Shown here: positions 47,523-56,900 of the stretch, in pieces
How positions within the stretch are numbered: position 1 is the first letter of the stretch
Layout: the number at the start of each line of letters is the position of its first letter
Source: a virus
Taxonomy: Duplodnaviria; Caudoviricetes
Direction: 5' to 3' (one strand)
Length of the DNA stretch: 64,000 bases
Virus record (IMG/VR): IMGVR_UViG_3300035703_002708
Made by a program: the position numbers and the translations under genes
The notes under the pieces: generated by a model
What the model saw: only the letters and a program-made list of their open reading frames with translations
What the model was told of the DNA's origin: nothing
Database searches by the model: none

Positions 47523-48470
47523 ATGGAACAAATATTAAAAGAGAACCCTAACAGGTTTGTCATATTCCCTATTGAGTATCACGACATATGGGATTTTTAT
47601 AAAAAACATCAGTCGGCGTTTTGGACCGCTGAGGAAGTTGATTTGAGTGGGGATATTAGAGATTGGGAAAAACTATCAGAAAATGAAAAGTATTTTGTAA
47701 AAAATGTATTATCGTTTTTTGCCGCCTCTGATGGTATCGTTAACGAAAATCTTGCTGAAAATTTTTACAGAGAAGTTCAGTATCCCGAGGCTAAATTCTT
47801 CTATGGATTCCAACTTGCGATGGAAAACATCCACTCACTGATGTATTCCCTATTAATTGACACATATATTAATGACCCCAAAGAAAAGATGGAGTGTTTC
47901 AGAGCAATCGAACATCTCCCTGCGGTTCAAAAGAAGGCGAATTGGGCTCTTAATTGGATTAAGAATGCATCTTTCCAAGAAAGATTAGTGGCTTTCGCAG
48001 CAGTTGAGGGTATTTTCTTTTCAGGTTCATTCTGTTCAATCTTTTGGTTAAAATCAAGAGGTATTATGCAAGGATTGTGTAATGCAAATGCCTTGATTTT
48101 CAAGGACGAAAACCTACATTGTGATTTCGCAATTCATTTATTTAACAATCATATCGAAAACAAAATATCAGAAAAAAGAATTAAAGAGATATTGTTGTCA
48201 GCACTTGAGATTGAGAAGGAATTTATCACAGAATCATTACCTGTTTCATTAATTGGTATGAACCAAAATTTGATGAAACAATACTTGGAGTTTGTTGTTG
48301 ATGGACTTTTAGTTAAATTTGGATGTAAAAAAGAATTTAACGTAGAACAACCATTTAAATTTATGGAACAAATCGCAGTAGAAACAAAAGGTAATTTCTT
48401 TGAAAGTAGAACTATCGAGTATCAAAAAGCAAAACTTAACGAAGCAATCTCATTTGATGAAGATTTTTAA
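47523..48470 (+). CDS. nrdB: Ribonucleotide reductase class Ia beta subunit
   Basis: [31 protein letters not shown] (radical Tyr), [19 protein letters not shown]. Confidence 0.97.
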   Translation: MEQILKENPNRFVIFPIEYHDIWDFYKKHQSAFWTAEEVDLSGDIRDWEKLSENEKYFVKNVLSFFAASDGIVNENLAENFYREVQYPEAKFFYGFQLAMENIHSLMYSLLIDTYINDPKEKMECFRAIEHLPAVQKKANWALNWIKNASFQERLVAFAAVEGIFFSGSFCSIFWLKSRGIMQGLCNANALIFKDENLHCDFAIHLFNNHIENKISEKRIKEILLSALEIEKEFITESLPVSLIGMNQNLMKQYLEFVVDGLLVKFGCKKEFNVEQPFKFMEQIAVETKGNFFESRTIEYQKAKLNEAISFDEDF

Positions 48471-48480
48471 ACTATAAACT

Positions 48481-50901
48481 ATGTCATTAACAATTATAAA
48501 AAAAGGTGGGGAAGAGGTAGCCTTCAACCCCACCAAAATATACAACCGAATTAAAAAGGCGTCTAAGTCACTTAACGTTAATTCAGATGAAATATTCATA
48601 AAAGTAATCACTTCAGTTCCAACCGAAGGTAAAATCACCACGAAGGATTTGGATAAGTTGGTCTATGAGATTTCAGCGGCGTATACTGGTAGTCACTACG
48701 ATTATAGTAGATTGGCTGCGACCGTAGCGATTTCATCATACCACAAAGAAACAAATCCAAGTTTCTCAGAGGTTATGGAAAGTTTAAATAAGGAGGGTAT
48801 CATTAATGAAGACCTTATTTTGACTATGAAATATTATGGTAAAGACAAAATTGATGAGGTAATCAACCACGAATTGGATTATAATTTTGATTACTTTGCT
48901 TGGCGTTCATTACAAGAGATGTATCTACTCAAAAACTCAAGTGGCGTATCAGTTGAGAGACCTCAACATATGTATATGAGAGTTGCTTTATGGGTTACTA
49001 AATCTTTTGAAGAGGCGGTCGAATACTACAATTCGTTGTCAAATCAACTTATCTCACCTGCAACTCCTATTATGATTAATGCGGGAACAAAGGTACCACA
49101 GTTGGCGTCTTGTGTATTACATTATAATAACGATGATTCAAGAAAGGGATTATTGGACACATTAAAAGATATCTCTACATACTCTTCTGACGCTGCTGGT
49201 ATCGGACTTTGTATGAGTAATATCAGGTCAAAAGATACTCGTATTTCTTCATCAGGTGGTTTTGCCGGTGGATTGTTGAAGTATCTTAAAATCGTAAATG
49301 AATCATTGAGATTCTTTAATCAACAAGGAAGAAGACCAGGAAGTGCGGCTATCTATATCGAACCTTGGCACAGAGATATTTTTGATTTATTAGACATCAA
49401 GAAAAACACAGGACCTGAAGAGTTAAGAGCAAGAGACCTTTTCACATCTTTGTGGTTACCTGATAACTTTATGAGAGCGGTTCGTGAGTCATCAGATTGG
49501 TATTTATTCTGTCCTGATGATATTCTAAAGGCGGGATTAAAACCACTCCAAGAGTGTTACGGTGAGGAATATGAAGAGAACTACAACAAAGCGGTAAGTT
49601 TAGGTATTGGTAAAAAAATCAAGGCTCAAGAGTTGTGGTATAAGATTATTGAATCACAAATTGAAACTGGCGTTCCTTACCTTTGTTCAAAAGATAACGC
49701 AAACAAAAAGACCAACCATCAAAATATTGGTGTAATCAAACAATCAAACTTGTGTAATGAGATTTACCAATATACAGACGAGAATACAACAGCGATTTGT
49801 ACCTTATCTTCTATGATTTTGAAAAACTTTGTTGAGGACGGTAAGTTTAACTTCCAAAGATTGTTTGAAGAAACTCGTAAAGTTGTAAGAGCACTTAACA
49901 AGGTAATTGACATCAACTATTACTCAACTGAAAAGGGTAAAAAAGGTGGATTAGAACAAAGAGCAATCGGTATCGGAACTCAAGGATTGGCTGACGTGTT
50001 CTACTTAATGGACTACGTTTTCACTTCTGATGAAGCAAAGAAACTTAACAAAGATATCTTTGAAACCATCTATTACGGAGCGATTTACGAATCAAATAAC
50101 TTGTGTAAAACCGCAGAATATTTACCATACGACTTCTTCAAAGGGTCACCAATGTCTCAAGGAATACTTCAATTTGATATGTGGGGATTAAATGAAAGTG
50201 ATTTGTCAGGAATGTGGGATTGGAACTCACTTAAAGAAAGTGTTAAATTCTTTGGTGTTTGTAACTCACTTACAACCGCTCAGATGCCTGTAGCATCATC
50301 TGCAAAAATCACAGGGTCATATGAAATGACAGAACCTGCTCACTCAGCGTTATTTAACAGACGAGTTGTTGGTGGAGAAATTATGATTGTAAACAAATAT
50401 CTTATTACCGACTTTGAAAAAATTGGTATTTGGAACGAACAAGTGAAAAATGAGATTATCTTAAACGAAGGTTCAATCCAATCAATTAACTTCAACAAAT
50501 ACTTAGATGCTGAGGATAAAAACTACAACAAAAAAGTAAGAAGAATTGAACATCTTTTGAAAAAGTATAAAACCATTTGGGAGATTTCTCAAAGAGAACT
50601 AATTGATATGTCGTCTGATAGAGCACCATTTATTGACCAATCTCAATCTATGAATATCTATTTGGCAAACCCAACGGTATCAAAAATTACTTCATCTCAC
50701 TTTAAGGCTTGGGAAAACGGATTGAAAACTTTGTGTTACTATGTTAGAACAAAAGCAATTTCAACAGGAGCGAAACACTTGGCGGTAGATATCAGTCAAG
50801 AAGTAAAACCTCAACCACTTCCTGAAGTAGATTACAGTAAAATGAATTTACCACCAAGACCCGACAGTAGTTTGGTAGAATGTTTTGGATGTTCAGCATA
50901 A
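48481..50901 (+). CDS. nrdA: Ribonucleotide reductase class Ia alpha subunit with ATP cone
   Basis: ATP-cone N-terminus, SPATP, ASC, QSNLCNEI, AICTL, MPVASSA, DQSQSMN, YYVRTK, C-terminal CFGC. Confidence 0.98.
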   Translation: MSLTIIKKGGEEVAFNPTKIYNRIKKASKSLNVNSDEIFIKVITSVPTEGKITTKDLDKLVYEISAAYTGSHYDYSRLAATVAISSYHKETNPSFSEVMESLNKEGIINEDLILTMKYYGKDKIDEVINHELDYNFDYFAWRSLQEMYLLKNSSGVSVERPQHMYMRVALWVTKSFEEAVEYYNSLSNQLISPATPIMINAGTKVPQLASCVLHYNNDDSRKGLLDTLKDISTYSSDAAGIGLCMSNIRSKDTRISSSGGFAGGLLKYLKIVNESLRFFNQQGRRPGSAAIYIEPWHRDIFDLLDIKKNTGPEELRARDLFTSLWLPDNFMRAVRESSDWYLFCPDDILKAGLKPLQECYGEEYEENYNKAVSLGIGKKIKAQELWYKIIESQIETGVPYLCSKDNANKKTNHQNIGVIKQSNLCNEIYQYTDENTTAICTLSSMILKNFVEDGKFNFQRLFEETRKVVRALNKVIDINYYSTEKGKKGGLEQRAIGIGTQGLADVFYLMDYVFTSDEAKKLNKDIFETIYYGAIYESNNLCKTAEYLPYDFFKGSPMSQGILQFDMWGLNESDLSGMWDWNSLKESVKFFGVCNSLTTAQMPVASSAKITGSYEMTEPAHSALFNRRVVGGEIMIVNKYLITDFEKIGIWNEQVKNEIILNEGSIQSINFNKYLDAEDKNYNKKVRRIEHLLKKYKTIWEISQRELIDMSSDRAPFIDQSQSMNIYLANPTVSKITSSHFKAWENGLKTLCYYVRTKAISTGAKHLAVDISQEVKPQPLPEVDYSKMNLPPRPDSSLVECFGCSA

Positions 50902-50904
50902 CAT

Positions 50905-50929
50905 AAATCCCGAGAAATCGGGATTTTTT
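50905..50929 (+). terminator. Intrinsic terminator after nrdA
   Basis: aaatcccga-GAAA-tcgggattt plus T-run. Confidence 0.9.
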
Positions 50930-50956
50930 GTTTTACAAAGGTTGATATTTATATAT

Positions 50957-51583
50957 GTGGGGTTGTTAAACGAAAATATTAAAAGTTTTAAGTGTTTGGT
51001 AAGATTATCACATTTTACCAAAAATGAAAAAGATAACAATAAGTTTCATAATGCTTACGCATTTGGAATACAATCAGTATCAGGTAAAATATTAACTTTT
51101 CACGTAATGACCGACTATGGAATGTTGAGGTCAAGAGTTCCAATATCTGAAATATTCCTTAAAGAACCTACCAAAGACATTCCTTTTCATTTCAAACAAC
51201 TTTGGGATTGTTTCTCAGAAAATGTTACAGTGACCGAATATGAGTTTTTGAAAGGAAAAAGGGCGGAAGTTGTATTAAAGGACAAAACAAAAGTTTGGGT
51301 AACATATTTGATGACAATTGATTGGTTTGATAACGCTTATAGTGATGAACCATCTGATTATAAGTGTGGTCATTTACTTGTGTCAGACGATGGGTATCTT
51401 TTATGTCAACCAAATAACAGAATATTTTGGAAAGATTCCAATTGGATAACAACTGATTTTCCACTGAATTTGAAAGACATAAAAGTTGATAATTCATTAC
51501 CTTCAGTTGAAACAAGTTCAGATAGATGGATTTCTGAGGATAGCGATAGTTATTATTATGATATTAAAGAAAACAAAATTTAA
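50957..51583 (+). CDS. Conserved hypothetical phage protein
   Basis: LNENI..FKCLVR, QLWDCFS, YLMTIDW, YKCGHLL, QPNNRIFW. Probable GTG start at 50957, 4 nt after TATTTAT, rather than the track start inside nrdA. Confidence 0.7.
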   Translation: MGLLNENIKSFKCLVRLSHFTKNEKDNNKFHNAYAFGIQSVSGKILTFHVMTDYGMLRSRVPISEIFLKEPTKDIPFHFKQLWDCFSENVTVTEYEFLKGKRAEVVLKDKTKVWVTYLMTIDWFDNAYSDEPSDYKCGHLLVSDDGYLLCQPNNRIFWKDSNWITTDFPLNLKDIKVDNSLPSVETSSDRWISEDSDSYYYDIKENKI

Positions 51584-51601
51584 CACCTTATATTTATAGG
51601 T

Positions 51602-52060
51602 ATGGCAAATCCAATAACATACGGAATAAATTTCCCATTTAATGATTCTAAAGACGGTAGATATTTAAGTTTATCAACAACACCTAAAGATGAATTAAGA
51701 ACTGATTTGATTCATCTTCTACTAACTAGAAAGGGCACAAGATATTTTCTGCCTGATTTTGGAACTAGATTATTGGAATACATTTTTGAACCACTTGATG
51801 GACCAACTTTCTCTCAAATAGAAGCGGAAATAAGGGACTCAGTACAAAAATATATACCCAATCTTAAAATAACTTCTTTACAAGTTTTCGATGCCTCTAC
51901 GGAGGAAGAGTCTGAAAATAGAACGGTTATATCAGGTGATGAAAGAGTATTTAGGGTACCTGGAATTGGAACGAAAGAACATACCGCAAGAGTCAAGATA
52001 GATTTTGTAGTTACCTCGAACGCATTTGAATCTAGTGATTTTATTATAATTAATATTTAA
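51602..52060 (+). CDS. gp25: Baseplate wedge/sheath initiator (T4 gp25-like)
   Basis: DLIHLLLTRKGTRYFLPDFGTRLLEYIFEP. Confidence 0.92.
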   Translation: MANPITYGINFPFNDSKDGRYLSLSTTPKDELRTDLIHLLLTRKGTRYFLPDFGTRLLEYIFEPLDGPTFSQIEAEIRDSVQKYIPNLKITSLQVFDASTEEESENRTVISGDERVFRVPGIGTKEHTARVKIDFVVTSNAFESSDFIIINI

Positions 52061-52063
52061 ACT

Positions 52064-53902
52064 ATGGCAAATAAAAAAATATCATATACCGTCAGAGATT
52101 TTCAGTCAATAAGAACTGAATTAATAAATTTTGTAAGAACATATTATCCTGACTTGTTGGCCAATGTGAACGATGCCTCAGTATTTTCAGTACTTTTGGA
52201 TTTGAACGCTGCAGTTTCAGATAACCTACAATTCCAAATAGACAGAAGTATACAAGAAACCGTATTACAATATGCCCAACAAAGGTCTTCGATATATAAT
52301 ATAGCCAGAACTTATGGACTCAAAGTTCCAGGTCAAAGACCATCAGTTGCTTTGGTTGATTTTTCAATCATCGTACCGGCGTTTGGAGACAAAGAAGATA
52401 TAAGATATTGTGGAATCTTAAGACGAGGTTCGCAAGTACAAGGTGCTGGACAAACGTTCGAAACAGTGTATGATATAGATTTTTCATCACCCTTCAATAA
52501 TGAAGGATTCCCAAATAGAACCAAAATTCCTAATTTAGATTCTAATGGTATAATTTTAAATTACACAATAACTAAACGAGAAACAGTAGTAAACGGGATA
52601 ACTAAAGTTTTCAAAAGAACAATTTTACCAAATGATGTTGTTCCTTTTTTTGAGTTATTTTTACCTGAAAAAAATGTACTTGGGGTTACGAGTGTATTAT
52701 TGAAAGATGGAACACAATATGCGAATGTTCCGACAGACCAAGAATTTTTGGGTACAAATAATAAATGGTATGAAGTAGATGCCTTGATACAAGATAAAGT
52801 CTTTGTTGAAGACCCAACCAAAGCAACTGACCAACCCGGCATAAAAGTTGGAAAATATATTTCTACTAGTAACAAATTTATAACTGAATTTACACCTGAA
52901 GGTTTTTTCAAAATGACATTTGGTGGGGGAAGTCAATCTTCTGATGAACAATTAAGAGAATTTGCTGCAACAGGCAACCCCTTAAATTTACAGAAATATT
53001 CTAATAACTTAGCATTAGGAAGTACACTTAAGGCTAATTCAACCTTATTTGTTCAATATCGAGTTGGAGGGGGAATAAGTTCTAATGTTGGTGTTAATGT
53101 TATAAATCAACTTGGTACTATAAATTTCGCAGTAAACGGACCTTCTCAGTCACAAAATACCTCAGTTATAAATTCACTTAATTGTACAAATACAACCGCA
53201 GCAATAGGTGGTGCAAATGTTCCTTCCGTTGAAGAAGTTAGAAACTATGTAACTTACAATTTTGCAGCTCAAAAACGGGCGGTCACAATTAACGATTATG
53301 AATCAATAATCAGAGGTATGCCATCACAGTTCGGAGCACCCGCAAAGGTAGCTATAACAGAACAAGATAATAAAATTAGAGTTCAATGTTTGTCTTATGA
53401 TTCTACAGGTAAACTCACTAATGTAATTTCAAATACATTAAAATCTAATCTTGCTAATTATCTATCTAATTATAGAATGATAAATGACTACGTTTCTATT
53501 GAAAGTGCTCAAGTTATAGATTTGAAATTTGATATATACGTTGTATTGGATGGGGGTCAAAATCAAGGTACGATAATAACTCAGATAGTTGACATAGTTT
53601 CTAATTATTTTTCACCATCTAATAGAGAAATGGGTCAAAATGTGTATGTATCAGAAATAAGAAAGGATGTTCAAAACCTAAATGGGGTGGTGACCGTCGC
53701 ACAAATAGATGTATTCAACCTTGTTGGAGGACAGTATTCATCTTCTCAGACCTCTCAAAGATATTCAAATTCTGAGACAAAACAAATTGAATTAATCGAT
53801 GAAACTATCTTTGCAGAACCTACTCAAACGTACCAAGTTAGATTTCCGGGTAAAGATATCTCAGTAAGAGTCAAAAATTTAAAAACCGTTAACTTCAGTT
53901 AA
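52064..53902 (+). CDS. gp6: Baseplate wedge protein (T4 gp6 / baseplate J-like)
   Basis: RDFQSIRTELI, QYAQQRSSIYNIART.G.K, YRVGGG..SNV, AIGGA...S.EEVR, QKRAVT.NDY. Confidence 0.9.
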   Translation: MANKKISYTVRDFQSIRTELINFVRTYYPDLLANVNDASVFSVLLDLNAAVSDNLQFQIDRSIQETVLQYAQQRSSIYNIARTYGLKVPGQRPSVALVDFSIIVPAFGDKEDIRYCGILRRGSQVQGAGQTFETVYDIDFSSPFNNEGFPNRTKIPNLDSNGIILNYTITKRETVVNGITKVFKRTILPNDVVPFFELFLPEKNVLGVTSVLLKDGTQYANVPTDQEFLGTNNKWYEVDALIQDKVFVEDPTKATDQPGIKVGKYISTSNKFITEFTPEGFFKMTFGGGSQSSDEQLREFAATGNPLNLQKYSNNLALGSTLKANSTLFVQYRVGGGISSNVGVNVINQLGTINFAVNGPSQSQNTSVINSLNCTNTTAAIGGANVPSVEEVRNYVTYNFAAQKRAVTINDYESIIRGMPSQFGAPAKVAITEQDNKIRVQCLSYDSTGKLTNVISNTLKSNLANYLSNYRMINDYVSIESAQVIDLKFDIYVVLDGGQNQGTIITQIVDIVSNYFSPSNREMGQNVYVSEIRKDVQNLNGVVTVAQIDVFNLVGGQYSSSQTSQRYSNSETKQIELIDETIFAEPTQTYQVRFPGKDISVRVKNLKTVNFS

Positions 53903-53974
53903 TAAATTTATTTTTCAATAAGTTTGACTATTTTATTAAAATAGAATATAAACTATTTATTCGAAAAGTATTTG

Positions 53975-56900
53975 ATGCCAAAATCATTAAGAATAAGAAC
54001 TGAAGTAGGTAAAGACAGAAATCTTACTTTTAATTTAGACCAAGATTTCGAATTTATCGAGATTTTATCTATTAAACTATCACAAGAGGACCTTTATGTA
54101 AGACAATGTGCCGATTATGGAGTCGTTGTAGGTAGAATCTCAATAAATGATGGTTTTGGAGTTCCGAACGCGAAGTTGTCTATTTTTATACCGATAAGTG
54201 ATGAAGACGAGTTAGACCCCATCATCAGTACATTATACCCCTATAAGAATGTATCTGACGTTAATGAAGACGGATATAAATATAACTTATTACCGTACAA
54301 ACCATCATACCCTGGACATGCCCCTACTGGAACATTTCCTGATTTATCTGACGCCCTTACGAATCCTGTTGTTGTTGAAATATATGACAAATATTACAAG
54401 TTTACGGTAACAACAAATGATAGTGGTGACTTTATGATTTTTGGGGTACCTGTAGGAACACAAAGATTAGTATTAAATGTCGATTTATCCGACATTGGAC
54501 AATTTTCACAATCACCACAAGATTTAATAAGATTAGGTGTTGCAACCGAAACCCAAGTCAACGGAACTAAATTTGACACTTCCGAAAACTTAGATTCACT
54601 TCCACAAATAATAACATTAGTTCAAGATGTTAACGTAAGTCCACTTTGGGGTGATGAAGAATTGTGTCAAGTGTCAATCACAAGAGCCGACACGGATTTG
54701 ACCAAGGCCAAAAACATTGAAATAAAACCCGCGGCAATCTTCATGGGTTCTATTTTTTCTGATTCCGACAAAGGTGCAATAAAAAGAAAATGTAAACCAC
54801 CCTTAGTTGCGGGTTCAATGTGTTCATTATTTGCGGGACCAGGTCAAATACTAGCGGTCAGACAGACAATTAAACAAGACCCCTTTGGAAGACCTGTATT
54901 AGAAGAATATGAATTAGAAAATAATGGAAATGTAATTGATGATAACGGAACATGGTTATTAGATGTACCAATGAATTTAGATTACATCATTACAAATGAA
55001 TTTGGGGAACAAGTTTTTTCAAATGACGAACGAAAGGGAATACCGACAAATGCTAAATATAGATTTAAAATAAAATGGAACCAAGGTAAAGACGAAAAAA
55101 AAACAATAAGACGTGGTAGTTTTATGGTTCCGAATGTAAGAGAGTATGGATGGGATAATTCTCAAGATGACCCTTTTGATGACAAATTCTACGTGGATGA
55201 GTTGGAAACGCCTCAAACATTACAATTCGCACAAATACAAAATCCTTTAGGTATTGCTGACACACAACAAGTGCAGTATTTGGATTTATTACCATACGAT
55301 GGTGTTGTAAGAATCCAAAGTATAATAAATGTCAAAGATTTATTTTTTACTTTGAATGGGGTGCCAATACCTCAGAAAAATAACATTATAGTTGAGCCGG
55401 GAGATACCTTAACAGTAAGAGTTGAATTCAAAGACATAACACCTCCGATAACTGTTGCTGAAATTTTAGTTTATATAGAACCTTTCAAAAAATATCAAGT
55501 TGAAAGGTCATACGCCTTTAGTTTAAATTGGGATGATTATGCCGACCAAGACGCGGCTATAAGTTGCGAGGACACCTTTTTCAAAATGTCTTACAATAGG
55601 GTATATACTGTATCTCAACTCATAACTAGATTCACAAAGGGGGGTTTGAACAGAAGATATTCGGCAATTAAAGACATTACTGATACAGAATGTGATAGTA
55701 CAAGTAATAAATTTCCAACAAATGATGCACAATTTAAACCCGACTTCCTTTTCATATTATTTTCCATATTGATAATATTTCTTTCAATACTTCTCAAAAT
55801 ATTTGTAAAAGTTTTACATGTTGTATTAAAATTATTATCGGACATTTTAGATTTCTTAATTTTTATTGATGACGCCCAAAGTCTTTTCAGTTTGAGTAGA
55901 CCAATAGGAAATTTAGAAAGATTGATTGACGGTCTTTCAGGATTTAATTTACCAATGTATACATTTCCTGATTGTGAACTATGTGACTGTAAACCCCCAC
56001 CTGCCGCAGGTGGATTTCCTTTGGGAGTATTCTCAACCCAACAACAAGCCCCATTTAGAAATAACAGCGTATTGGCAGACATTCTCAATGGTTCAAATTA
56101 CGATACAAATATACAAAATGGTGCTACAGATTTCACTCCATTAGTACAAACCTTTCACGCTGGTTACTTTCCGAACAATACAAATTATGGTTGGTTATTT
56201 AAGACAGGTGGAAATTTATTATTTACTAGAGTTGAGTTATTTGACCCTTCTCAACAGACAACTGATTATTATTTCCCTACTAATTTACCATTTCACGAAA
56301 GGATAACACTACAAAACGCTAAAGGAAAATTTTTCGGAAGCGGTTTGGACAGAGGAAAAATATCCCCTCCTCAAGAATCAACACTTAATCAGGTAGGTTT
56401 CGGCCCTGAAATTTACTATGCTGGTGGAGGAACAAACCAAATTAAGGTTTGTTTCAATAAAAATCTGAATAATCCCAATTTAGGACCTGATTTTCAATTA
56501 GGCTCAAATGGTCAATATACACAAACCTTGTTGGTAAATAACTTAATAAATAACTATGATAATCAAGGTTTCCATTATGATAGTGTTTTGATTTTGTTTA
56601 CCGAAGAACCATATACGAAAGGAACATTATTGACTTTCGATAATCCCAAAGATTATAGAGACTTAAATCTTTCTGGTAGTATAATTAATCAGTTTGGAAC
56701 TTATTCAACAACGGGTACATCAATTAATAATGGTATTTCACAAATAAGAGTGAGTCATACTCACCCATTGACTGGTAGAAGATTAATTACTAAGTATAAT
56801 ATTTCTGGCGATAGCTCACAAAATCAATTCCTCAGATTTCCTACAGGATTAGAATATTATCAAGTTTTATATTCAGAAAAAGCTCAAAAATTTATCGATG

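Noticed and set aside
11950-50901. Inteins or introns in polB, dnaB, recA and nrdA
   Set aside because: Lengths are normal, motifs are contiguous, and no C/S...HN splice or LAGLIDADG motifs were seen.
50885-50956. Track start of the 232-aa ORF inside nrdA
   Set aside because: The extension crosses the nrdA terminator and the TATTTAT motif; GTG at 50957 is more plausible.
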